A stretch of 64,000 nucleotides of DNA from Octopus sinensis. Lineage: Eukaryota. Below the pieces are notes generated by a model. It was not told where the DNA came from and did no database searches. It saw only the letters and a list, made by a program, of their open reading frames with translations. The first letter of the stretch is position 1. Each line of letters starts with the position of its first letter. The stretch is from positions 17,422,001-17,486,000 of the forward strand of contig NC_043007.1 in NCBI RefSeq assembly GCF_006345805.1. Reading direction: 5' to 3'. The position numbers and the translations under genes were made by a program. Shown in pieces: positions 1 to 11,309 of this stretch.

Positions 1-294
1 CTCCATATTCACCAGATATTGCTCCTTCGGATTTCCATTTATTCAGGTCTCTGCAGAATAGTCTTAATGGTAAAAGTTTCAATTCCTTGGATGACGTAAA
101 AAGATACCTTGATGAATTCTTTGCCATGAAACCACCTCAATTCTGGGAAGAGGGTATTTTCAAGTTAAAGGAAAGAAGGAGACGCACTGTGCAACAAAAT
201 GGTTCATATTTGGTTGATTAAAAATGTAATGGCAAGTATTTATTGACCTTTTTCTTTCCTTTAAAAATCGGCATGAACTTTCCGGACAACCTAA
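1..294 (+). mobile_element. 3' part of a mariner (mellifera-like) element, truncated by the window edge
   Basis: Nearly identical to 903-1196; ends in TIR AAATCGGCATGAACTTTCCGGACAACCTAA followed by TA. Confidence 0.9.
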
Positions 295-630
295 TATATG
301 GTCTAACTGATCCATAATTTTACTTGTAGAGCCAGGCTACTTCAAAATCTTTTATACTGAGATAAACCACACAGCTACTAAGATTTATAGCCAAGCTTCA
401 TAATTACAGTAATTAGCAAAAGTCGTCTCCATTCCAAAACTATAACTGCATTTTAACTACATTTAAAATCATATTTTTGATGTCAATGTCAAGAATTTAT
501 AAATTTTGAAAGACTCTGAAATAATTCTTGTTTGAAATGGTGTATCTTGAAGTAAATAAAGCTATTAATAATTGTTTCTACAATAGGCACAAGGCTTGAA
601 ATTTTATGTACTGATACAAATATTAAAATA

Positions 631-1196
631 TTGGGTTGTCCGGAAAGTTAATGCCAATTTATAGTAGCTTACCTTTCGACTTATTTTAAAACATGGTTGA
701 GTCCATAAAATAGGATTTGACTACACCTCTATTTAGGGCACAGGTTAAGCTATCTTTTCATGGAAGAAGGTTTATGTTCCTATAACCTCTGTTAATTCTG
801 TAACCCTTTAAAATGGAAGATAAAAAAGTTCATTTTTGGCACTTGATGCTTTGGGAACCAGACAAAAATTGCTGCAGCTCAGCTGAGATGTGTTACCCCA
901 CCCTCCATATTCACCAGATATTGCTCCTTCGGATTTCCATTTATTCAGGTCTCTGCAGAATAGTCTTAATGGTAAAAGTTTCAATTCCTTGGATGATGTA
1001 AAAAGATACCTTGATGAATTCTTTGCCATGAAACCACCTCAATTCTGGGAAGAGGGTATTTTCAAGTTAAAGGAAAGAAGGAGACGCACTGTGCAACAAA
1101 ATGGTTCATATTTGGTTGATTAAAAATGTAATGGCAAGTATTTATTGACCTTTTTCTTTCCTTTAAAAATCGGCATGAACTTTCCGGACAACCTAA
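631..1196 (+). mobile_element. Internally deleted mariner transposon (mellifera-subfamily-like), about 566 bp
   Basis: About 30-bp TIRs (TTGGGTTGTCCGGAAAGTTAATGCCAATTT / AAATCGGCATGAACTTTCCGGACAACCTAA) and TA on both sides. The N-terminus MEDKKVHFWHLML at 813 is joined out of frame to the C-terminus LPHPPYSPDIAPSDFHLFRSLQNSLNGK (mariner YSPDLAPSD motif). Confidence 0.93.
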
Positions 1197-2379
1197 TATA
1201 TGGTCTAACTGATCCATAATTTTACTTGTAGAGCCAGGCTACTTCAAAATCTTTTATACTGAAATAAACCACTCAGCTGTTAAGATTTATAAGCTATTAA
1301 TCTGCTTGCTATCATTGTAGCCAAGCTTCATAATTACACTAATTAGCGAAAGCTGTCTCCATTCCAAAACTATAACTGCATTTTAGCTACATTTAAAATC
1401 ATATTTTTCACGTCGATGTCATAAGAATTTATAAATTTCAAAAGAATCTGAAATAATTCTTGTTTGAAATGGTGGATCTTGAAGTAAATAAAGCTATATT
1501 GTTTCTACAATAGGCGCAAAGCCTGAAATATATATATGTCTCCTTTTTATATCAAACACAGTATGAGAGGTAAAAAAATGTTCAATATAAAAAAGTATGT
1601 TTTATGTGTTTAAAGTCTATCTAATCTTGTGGAATATACCTTAGCAGGAGGTATACCTTAAACTTTTGGTAATGTGTCATAGCTAAAAGAAAGAACAGCT
1701 TCAAACTTTCAGAGAAATAAAAACATATACTTGTGATCCTCCTAACAGTCACAGCTATTAATCCTGCTTCATAACATTCAGAAATTAGAAATTGAAATAA
1801 AGAAATTATAGATACACAGACTTCACATATTTAGTAACTTTCTGTTGGTAATCATGTATAGCACTATTTCATTCTTTTAAGAAACTGTCAGCATGATATA
1901 ACTAACTTATTAATTAAACATTTTATGAAGAGAGGCATTTCATTAAAGATGGAGGAAATTCGTGGAAAGTGTTTGTTTTTGTTTGTTTTGTTTCGGTTTT
2001 TTTTTTTTATCATAGAACATTAGTAGATTAAGAACTGAGAGAACCAAAATTTCTTAGTGTTTACATACAAAACAATAACTGTTTGCAGAGAATTTCTGCC
2101 TTGTGAAAATGTCTTAAAGAAACCAATAATTTCAATTGTAGTTATAAATAACTTCATAAGCTATTTTCCAATGTTTTCTTTGAGAAGTAGACACTTGTTT
2201 CAAGCTGTTATTTTACAGTGATATTCCTATAGCTATATTCAAAATATTGCCTAGCTTACAAGAAGGTTATCTAACTTGCATATTGGTATTTGACTAAAAT
2301 TTCTCTTTTTATTAAATTAACACAAAGACTACAAAAAACAGTATACCATAATATATTTATTCTTCTAAAACAAGGAAAC

Positions 2380-2521
2380 CATGTTCGCCATTACCTTCTG
2401 CCGGAGCTGCGAGGAGCTTAGGTGTTTCGCTCATAAACACACACATCGCCCGGTCTGAGATTCGAACCCGCGATCCCTCGACCGTGAGTCTGCTGCTCTA
2501 ACCACTAGGCCATGTGCCTCC
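2380..2521 (-). mobile_element. tRNA-derived SINE 5' fragment (same head as 60190-60484); a second head fragment lies at about 2672-2740
   Basis: Minus strand reads GAGGCACATGGCCTAGTGGTTAGAGC (A box) ... GGTTCGAATCTC (B box). Confidence 0.8.
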
Positions 2522-2894
2522 AAGAAATTGTATAAAAATTCTCAATTTATGGTTGTAGTATTTATTAATAGCACAAATACGAGAGATATAATCAATCAGT
2601 TAAAAAAAAAAAATTTTCCAAGTCAGGTCTATAATTAATCGAGCATGAATGGGTGGAAAATTTGATTTTCCAGTGAGATTCGAACCCACGATCCCTCGAC
2701 TGTGAGTCCACTGCTCTAACCACTAGACCATGTGCCTCCACAAGGCTGACAGTTGGATGAAGAAGTACCAAATAATCCAAATTTAGCAAGTCTACAGAAA
2801 AGGAAAACTGAAGAAGATATGGGAAAATATGGTGGAAACCAATCTGAGGGAACTGAAGTTCATGAAGGGGATGACAAAGATCTGAAGAAGTGGT

Positions 2895-3452
2895 CATCAT
2901 CATCATTGTTCGACCGTGGTCGAGACAATGGAATTTACTATGTTACGCCAGACTTCACGGTCCATCATAGCATTACGGAGGTCCTGTTGCTGGATGCCTG
3001 TATCCCTGGAGATTACATCAGGGTAGGAGAGTGTGTGCCCTCTGGTATCATGAGCAGATGGCTTCCAGAGGAGAAGAGTAGAAATTACCTCGTTTTCAGC
3101 TCTACAACAATGTCCAGCAAACTGGACTCTCCAACCTTTCACAAGAGATGATACAGGTGGTAGTTTCCCCATATATTTGTACTTTGGTTGGATGACGCTT
3201 CCATGAGATATTTTGAGCTCTCATAAGGAGGCGAGTGTAAGTTCCATCCAACCGCCTCTCAAGCTTCTTTGATAACGTCCAGGTTTCTGAGCCATATAGT
3301 AGAATTGGTTCGACTGTGGCTTTGAAGATTTTAAGTTTGAAATCTCTACTTAGATTTGATGACCATATCATTACAGGCTGACCAGGCCATACCCTTTCTA
3401 GTTAGAAAATCTTTTTCAGGTGATGATATGTATGACCCAAGATATTTGTAAT
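2895..3452 (-). mobile_element. 5'-truncated RTE-clade LINE (ORF2 C-terminus, frameshifted)
   Basis: YKYLGSYI ... ILLYGSETWTL ... FAGHCCR ... AMMDREVWR, then a stop and a (TGA)n tail. Direct repeat AAGTGGT at 2888-2894 and 3453-3459. Confidence 0.88.
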
Positions 3453-4209
3453 AAGTGGTGAGGTGCTGTGCTAAATAAGCCCCATCCGATCCATGCAAGC
3501 ATGGAAAAACAGATGCAAGATGATGATTAGTAATCAAGATGAGGAAAGAACCTTGGAGGTTAGTAGCATTTTCTTTGCAGCTGTAAGCCATTATTTCATG
3601 GCAAAGCAGCAGACTTCAGCAAAAGTTGATGAAAGCTAATAAATCTAAAATTAGTCTTTCTACTCCCTTACAATATTTTGCAGGGAACTTGGGGAAATAC
3701 CAAACATTTTTGAACAAGGTTATATATTTTTAAACTTATAAGTACATGAAAATACCTCAACCAGCACCAGCACCACCACCACCATATACACACACACACA
3801 CACACGCACACACACATTTGAGTATGTATGAATAAATGCATATATATGTGAGTGCATTTTTATGTGAGCATTGTTCAGTTAATTAAGCTTGATAAGTGGA
3901 CATTCAGCTATAAAACCACTTGCTCACATGGTCAAAAAAAAAAAAAGGAAATCGATGTGAAACAGTCAAAATGGAAAATCTATCTTTTCTGTAATCTTGA
4001 TGATAAACAAAAGTCATCACTATCGAACCACCACCACCGCCAACAACAATAACAAGGAGATTACTCTGGGGTCACTCGACATGCTAAAAATAGCAGCTAA
4101 GTCTTCTGTTGTTTTGAGAAAGGGAAAGACACATTAGATAATGAATTCCCAGATATTGTGCAAAGTCAAGGAGGTCCTGGTTGGAACACTTTTGATCATA
4201 GTTTGCTAA

Positions 4210-4445
4210 AGGAGGCAATCTGCAGAAACGTTAGCAAGCCGGGCGAAATGCTAAGCGGTATTTCGTCTGCTGCTACGTTCCGAGTTCAAATTCTGCCGAG
4301 GTTGACTTTGCCTTTCATCCTTTCGGGGTCGATAAATTAAGTACCAGTTATGCACTGGGGTCGATATAATCGACTTAATCCGCTTGTCTGTCCTTGTTTG
4401 TCCTCTCTGTGTTTAGCCCCTTGTAGGTAGTAAAGAAATAGGTTT
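4210..4445 (+). mobile_element. SINE B monomer (tRNA-derived)
   Basis: GCAGAAACGTTAGC, B box GAGTTCAAATTC, GCCTTTCATCCTTTCGGGGTCGATAAA body, GTAAAGAAATAGG end. Confidence 0.85.
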
Positions 4446-4493
4446 GCTTGACATTAAATTTTTGTTAAGATCTTCATTGGAGAAATTGCATAC

Positions 4494-4870
4494 AGGCATG
4501 GCTATGTGGTAAGAAGCTTGCTTCCCAACCACATGGTTCCAGGTTCAGTCTCACTACATGGCACCTTGGGGAAGCGACTTCTATAACCCCGAGCCAACGT
4601 CGTGAGTATTTGGTAGACAGAAACTAAGAGAAACTCGTCGTATGTATGTGTGTGCGCGTGTTCGTGTTTGTTTCCCCACCACCACTTGCCAACAGGTTTT
4701 TGGAATTTTTTGTATACCCCATTATTTAGTGGTTCAGCAAAAAAAGACCGATAGAATAACTCCCAGACTTAAAAAAAAAATTGAGAGTTGGTGTCGATTT
4801 GTTCGTCTGACTCTTTCAAGGCGATGCATCCAGCATGGCCGCCGTCTAACGTCTGAAAAAAGTAAAAGAT
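4494..4870 (+). mobile_element. Degraded SINE A
   Basis: Colinear with the copy at 9754-10157. Confidence 0.8.
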
Positions 4871-5221
4871 CCAAAGATTCATTTAAATACGTGTGTGTAG
4901 ATTCATGATTATATTGTGAGGTACTTTGGTTCATGATTCGGTGAAAATATTCCACACCACTCGTAAGACCAAATTGTAGTCTTGAATCCAAAGGACGCCC
5001 TTTAATTGATAATGGTAGTTTTATGACAGTCATGTTTCATTTCGACCGCGTTAAAATATAAATGTTGCTGTAAAGTATATATTAACTCATTGATGATGGG
5101 TACTGGAAAAGCATCAAGAATGAATATTTATGTTGAAAGTGGTTGAGAAGTACTATATCTATTATATTTTGATAGGTAACTCACATTACGAGAATGTGAG
5201 TACACTTTTTTTTATACAGAA

Positions 5222-5609
5222 CTAGCAGTATCGCCCGGCGTTGCTCGGGTTTGTTTCGACCCTTTAGAATTGGAATTTTTGAAAAGTAAAAATTGTGCAT
5301 TATGTAGCTTGTTATTCTCTTTAAGTGAACATTTTTCTGGTTGAAATACACCGAAAAATGGCAACACAGCAGTAAAAAAATCGTTAAAAATAGGGATTTT
5401 CATAGAAAAAAAGCACCTTTTTGATGTAAATAATTTGTGGTGTTAACATGGTTCAATTTGAATTTTATCTTCTACGGAAGGAAGAGCAAGCCTTCTTCTA
5501 TCATACTCTCAATTTTGGTCAACTTGTGCCGCAGGGTCTCGGAGGAGATAGTGTTAGTTGAAGGCTACCAAACCTACCATACACAGACAACTTCAGCTAT
5601 ATAGAGAGA
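5222..5609 (-). mobile_element. Non-autonomous Helitron, copy 1
   Basis: Minus strand begins TC and ends with hairpin CCCGAGCAACGCCGGG then ATACTGCTAG. It sits between A and T with no TSD. Three copies in the window. Confidence 0.8.
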
Positions 5610-5832
5610 TTGTGCCAATTTATGATAGACACATCTAATAAAGAATAGAAATAAAGGTTACTTGAGTGGTTGAATATATGGAATAGTTTTAAATGTTTTG
5701 TTGTAATGTTCATTAGGTTCCTAAACGTTATGACTGCAAATTTGACCAGAGCTGAATTTACTGTATACCCTTCGAGTTTACTAGAACAAATATCGTTATA
5801 TACTAATGATGATTCTCTACTTAACTATATTC

Positions 5833-6250
5833 AATTCTTTACTACCCACAAGGGGCTAAACATAGAGGGGACAAACAAGGACAGACAAACGGATTAAGTC
5901 GATTATATCGACCCCAGTGCGTAACTGGTACTTATTTAATCGACTCCGAAAGGATGAAAGGCAAAGTCGACCTCGGCAGAATTTGAACTCAGAACACATA
6001 ACGGCAGACGAAATACCTATTTCTTTACTACCCACAAGGGGCTAAACATAGAGGGGACAAACAAGGACAGACAAACGGATTAAGTCGATTACATCGACCC
6101 CAGAATGTAACTGGTACTTATTTAATCGACTCGGAAAGGATGAAAGGCAAAGTCGACCTCGGCGGAATTTGAACTTACAACGTAACGGCAGACGAAATAC
6201 GGCTACGCATTTCGCCCGGCGTGCTAACGTTTCTGCCAGCTCGCCGCCTT
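5833..6250 (-). mobile_element. SINE B dimer (one head, two body units of about 185 bp)
   Basis: Junction GAAATACCTATTTCTTT near 6010-6026; flanking direct repeat TACTTAACTATATTC at 5818-5832 and 6256-6270. Confidence 0.88.
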
Positions 6251-7214
6251 CTCATTACTTAACTATATTCCCACCGTCCGCCTGTCACACATAATAAATA
6301 TGCGGTCTCGTAACAATACGAGAAATTCATATTTATATTGCTATCTAAGCACGTTGTCATGTAATCCCGGCTCAGATCTGATTGGCCAGTCCTATACAAA
6401 ACACAGCTGAAAGACCTAGTTGCGTCACACAGATCCGCTTTTTCATGACAATACAGACAAAAATAGAAAGCTGTTGTGAGAGAACGGTGGGCCCCATATT
6501 AAGTCGCTTGACATGCTAGGTATAGCAACTAAATGCCCTCAAATCATTTATCACCGTCTTAAAATAGTAGTAACACATAGTATTTCAAGACTGAAATAAG
6601 TCTATTCCAACGTGATTGACTTGGGACTAATAACAAGTTGACTTTCTGTAGGATGTTTTGCAAGCCGCTTTTGAGCACATCCATTTCCACTACTACACTG
6701 ATGCTGCTTATTGTGGGGAAAAAATGATTGTTACAATATCTGATTAACTTTCCCTTTATAAAGGTGTAGTTTATTTGTGTTCTAAAAGGAACAGCTGTTT
6801 ATTTATCAGATAAAATAAAAACTTATAGTGAGGCATTAAACGTCACAGCTGAGTGTTTAATTTATCGATTAAATTTGACTTTGTGGTATTAAGCGGAGTA
6901 TCGAATTTGGAAAATTGCAGTTTTTCATTTCAAATTTATATGCAAATTTAACTGTTGGTATTGCATTTAAGATACAGCCTCAGTTACAATTTCGAACAGA
7001 GTTGTCCAATGGAGGGCATGCGAGGCCCAGAGGAAGTGCATAAGATATTGTTTTCAAGGAAAGTAATAGTATTCAAACGGTTCTAACTTTTGAATTGATG
7101 ATCTTTTCTGAAACATATTTAGAATTCTGTTGTGTCTGGGGAGAGTCATTTTCTTTTTGTGCCTTATAATGTAACACACTCACCGGTAAAATTTCCACTT
7201 ATTTATTTTATTTT

Positions 7215-7254
7215 CCTAAAATTTTCGTTGCATCTTGCAACCTTTTCAATAGTC
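7215..7254 (-). ncRNA. Candidate minimal hammerhead ribozyme, U3-A8 variant
   Basis: Minus strand: cta TTGAAAA g GTTGC-aagat-GCAAC GAAA at T T tag. Stem I is only 3 bp. Confidence 0.45.
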
Positions 7255-8153
7255 AAGACTACTGAAATGCTTCAACACACGAACTCATATAAAGAATCTT
7301 GCATACCAAATCCAAAAACGAAATATTTAGAATTATTTTCTTTCAAATGAAGATCTGCAAGTATATAATTAATGATTTACATTTACTTATTCACCCAGAT
7401 ATTATGTTTATGATATCAATGTGTGGTACTGATCTCAGACAATATCTATCTACTCTCGACGCTTTTTTAAAATCATGTTGGATCCTTGGGTAAAGAACTT
7501 GAACGAAATATTTACGAGACTTCTCTGAATTGTTGTTCCACGTAGAGTGTGAATCAGTGCTCTACGATCAATAAGAACGAACTCATAAGTACCTAGTGTC
7601 GATAAGACCTCATCTCCACTTAAATCATTAACTGGACTAGTTTCCAATGCATGTCAACAAATGTGATTCGGTGCAGAAGTTGACTCGTCAAAAGAGAGTG
7701 TAGGTAGATATGAAGAAGATTCATGGCAAAATTTTCGCCACAGCTCCCCAGTGAAACAAATGCTTATCTATACAAGATTGCATTATTCTTGTTTGAAATA
7801 TTTTTGTTTTTTCTTAGTTATGTCTTCAGTTGAGATTTCTGATAAGTGGACAAAGCGGCAGCTTATTTTTCTTGAATGGCTCTTAAAAAGCATTTAATTT
7901 TTGCAAATCCCTTTTTTTCTGGAAGTTATATTGTTCTTGCCCCTTGACTCTAAAATATGGATAGAATAAACCAGATACATCACCACACACTTATTACCTA
8001 GTGTTACCAGGTGTGCACAAGTTTGCCTAAAAAATGTTCTACGCTCAAAATGACATTCAACGGATCCGTTAAATGACTCTAAAAACAGTGTTGAGAAACA
8101 TTTCTTTCTTCATGATGGTAAAACTCTTCAACATCATCTATCTCTATCAATTA

Positions 8154-8545
8154 CTAGCAGTATCGCCCGGCGTTGCTCGGGTTTGTTTCGACCCTTTAGA
8201 ATTGGAATTTTTGAAAAGTAAAGATTTTGCATTATGTAGCTTGTTATTCTCTTTAAGTTAAACATTTTTCTGGTTGAAATACACCGAAAAATGGCGACAC
8301 ACCAGTCAAAAAATCGTAAAGAATAGGGATTTTCATAGAAAAAAGCACCTTTTTGATGTAAATAATTTGTGGTGTTAACATGGTCCGATTTGAATTTTTT
8401 CTTCTATGGAATGAAGAGCAAGCCTTCTTCAATCATAGTCTCGATTTTGGTCAACTTGTGCCGCAGGGTCTCGGAGGAGATAGCATTAGCTGAAGGCTAC
8501 CAAACCTGCCATACACAGACAACTTCAGCTCAATATAGAGAGAGA
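8154..8545 (-). mobile_element. Non-autonomous Helitron, copy 2
   Basis: Colinear with 5222-5609; same TC and CTAG termini and A|T target. Confidence 0.8.
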
Positions 8546-8826
8546 TTTCTGTAAGTTGCTCTACAGTATAGCTGATCACGGGAACAGAATCAGCGTTCTA
8601 GGACTGAAAGATTTTCAGTGATACCAATCACACCACCTATTCCTTCTGCTTTCATTAAATGCAGTTAACCTTCGTCTTCTTTTAAGTTTTGGCTGCTTGA
8701 AGTCTTTGCTGGTTTGGAAGTGTAGTCTTTATCATTCGCGTATAGGTTTTTTTTCATACATCATCTTGTCTTACACTTGGATACATCGTCATTGGTTGTT
8801 ACTCGGGTGTTTGGATCCTTCAATCA

Positions 8827-9618
8827 TCAAATACCCTTACCTACGCCACCCAACCAGAGTTGATCAAATCCCAGCTTATGTCCGGTTAAGCAATACCACG
8901 TTCTGCCCTCCACCATTACCCTTAGTTTCCTATTACCCACCACAATGGTACCTGTGATAGCATTTAGGTCTCCTGGGGTAGCCTGGATGACCATTTCCAG
9001 ACCTTGCTCCAGCCATTTCCTTTCAAGTATTCTCACGGCATGGAGGATTGTTACCTTCTCCTCCAGGCCCAATACAATTGTCACCGCTAACCAGGCAACA
9101 TCCACCTCTGGAGGTATCTCTTCTACCCTCACCTTGGATGCCCGTCTTCCAAAGTAGGAGAGTAGGAGGATGATATTGTCCGAAGACAATGAGGCCACGG
9201 AGTGTTGCCTGGTCTTTTCCTCTGATGAGAACCTCACTTCCACTGTGGAATATTTGGCAACCCTGATCAGGTAAGTTATTTCCGGCCAGATGGATGCCAA
9301 ACACTTCTCGATTTCTTTTCTCTCCGCAATCTCTACCTATTTCTCTCTCTTTAAAAATGATTTGAATACCACTGTTTTTCTCTCTGTTTCTTTCGTTACT
9401 TCACTGGGAGGAGTCAGTACCACCTCGTACTCCTCCCTTTTCATTAGGTCCTTGTACATCTTAAACTCCTACATATAAAAATTCCTTCCTTCCTTCTTAA
9501 CTCCGGTCACGCCTGCAAAACTTTTACCACTTTTCAAATCGGTTTCCCCTCTTCTCCTCGCCAGCTCCTTCTCTATATTGATTAAGCATCTCTCCAACTC
9601 TTCCTCCGACAAGGCCAT
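8827..9618 (-). pseudogene. Decayed ORF1 (RRM plus zinc-knuckle remnant) of an L1/Tx1-like non-LTR retrotransposon; element about 8550-9750
   Basis: ATG at 9618 (MALSEEELERCLINIEKELARRRG) is in frame with track ORF 8827-9300 across two stops. Contains KVRVEEIPPEV and MVEGRTWYCLTGH (broken CCHC). Confidence 0.6.
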
Positions 9619-9753
9619 GTCGGACGTACTGATATTATCTTATTGCATTTTAAAGGTTAAACAACGCTTCCCCCTTCAAACAAGGGGGACGGTGACAACA
9701 GTCCCGCTCGCGCGGGAAAAACAGTGTGTTTTTTAAAAACACGACAGTTTATT

Positions 9754-10157
9754 GGCGTAGGAGTGGCTGTGTGGTAAGTAGCTTGCTTACCAACCACATG
9801 GTTCCGGGTTCAGTCCCATTGCCTGGCACCTTGGTCAAGTGTCTTCTGCTATAGCCTCAGGCTGACCAAAGCTTTGTCAGTGGATTTGGTAGACGGAAAC
9901 TGAAAAGAAGCCCGTCGTATATATGTATATATATATGTATGTGTGTCTGTGTTTGTCCCCCCACCAACATCGCTTGACAACCGATGCTGGTGTGTTTACG
10001 TCCCCGTCACTTAGCGGTTCGGCAACAGAGACCGATAGAATAAGTACAAGGCTTACAAAGAATAAGTCCTGGGGTCGATTTGCTCGACTAAAGGCGGTGC
10101 TCTAGCATGGCCACAGTCAAATGACAGAAACAAGTAAAAGAGTAAAGAGTAAGAGAG
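9754..10157 (+). mobile_element. SINE A, full length
   Basis: A box TGGCTGTGTGG, B box GGTTCAGTCCC, internal (TA/TG)n tract, tail GGCGGTGCTCTAGCATGGCCACAGTCAAATGAC then (GTAAAAGA)n. Confidence 0.9.
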
Positions 10158-10189
10158 TTCAACAATATAACGCACTTAAAACAACAAGC

Positions 10190-10571
10190 GTGGAGGCGCA
10201 ATGGCCCAGTGGTTAGGGCAGCGGACTCGCGATCGTAGGATCGCGGTTTCGATTCCCAGACCAGGCGTTGTGAGTGTTTATTGAGCGAAAACACCTAAAG
10301 CTTCACAAGCCTCCTGCAGGGGGTGGTGGTGAACCCTGCTGTACTCTTTCACCACAACTTTCTCTCACTCTTACTTCCTGTTTCTGTTGTACCTGTATTT
10401 CAAAGGGCCAGCCTTGTCACACTCTGTGTCACGCTGAATCTCCTCGAGAACTACGTTAAGGGCACACGTGTCTGTGGAGAGCTCAGCCACTTGCACGTTA
10501 ATTCCACGAGCAAGCTGTTCCGCTGATCGTATCAGCTGGGACCCTCATCGTCGTAACCGACGGAGTGCTCC
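10190..10571 (+). mobile_element. SINE D, full length (tRNA-derived)
   Basis: TGGCCCAGTGG A box, GTTTCGATTCC B box; 13-bp TSD TAAAACAACAAGC at 10177-10189 and 10572-10584. Confidence 0.9.
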
Positions 10572-10695
10572 TAAAACAACAAGCAGCTTAATAACTTTTC
10601 TGAAACACCGCGTCCAACTCAAAAAGTGAGGAGAACAAATCTCAGGTAGTTCACAATCTCCACATTTCGTGCAACATTCCAGATGATTGTAATAA

Positions 10696-11309
10696 TCTTT
10701 TCTAGTCAAGCCACAAGGCCCGAAATTTTTAGAGAGGGACTCAGCCGATTGGATCGATCCCAGTACGCAACTGGTACTTAATTTATCGACCCCGAAAGGA
10801 TGAAAGGTAAAGTCGACCCCAGCGGAATTTGAACTCAGAACGTAAAGACAGACGAAATACCTATTTCTTTACTACCCACAAGGGGCTAAACACAGAGGAG
10901 ACAAACAAGGACAGACAAACGGATTAAGTCGATTACATCGACTCCAGTGCGTAACTGGTACTTAATTTATCGACCCCGAAAGGATGAAAGGCAAAGTTGA
11001 CCTCGGCGGAATTTGAACTCAGAACGTAAAGACAGACGAAATACAGCTACGCATTTCGCCCGTTTCTTATTTCTTTATTGCTCACAAGGGGCTAAACATA
11101 GAGGGGACAAACAAGAACAAAAACAAACGGATTAAGTCGATTACATCGACCTCAGTGCGTAACTGGTACCTGGTACTTAATTTATCGACCCCGATAGGAT
11201 GAAAGGCAAAGTCGACCTCGGCGGGATTTGAACTCAGAACGTAGCGGCAGACGAAATACAGCTACGCATTTCGCCCGGCATGCTAACGATTCTGCCAGCC
11301 CGCCGCCTT
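10696..11309 (-). mobile_element. SINE B trimer-like array; the last unit has an alternative tail
   Basis: Three body units; full head at 11309, partial second head near 11040-11062, standard junction near 10854-10870. Confidence 0.85.

Noticed and set aside
5833-6250. CRISPR-like or retrozyme interpretation of SINE B arrays
   Set aside because: No unique spacers, eukaryotic context, and no hammerhead core found in the unit on either strand.
7370-7960. Coding-like composition on the minus strand
   Set aside because: Multiple stops and no recognisable motif; possibly an old transposon but I cannot classify it.
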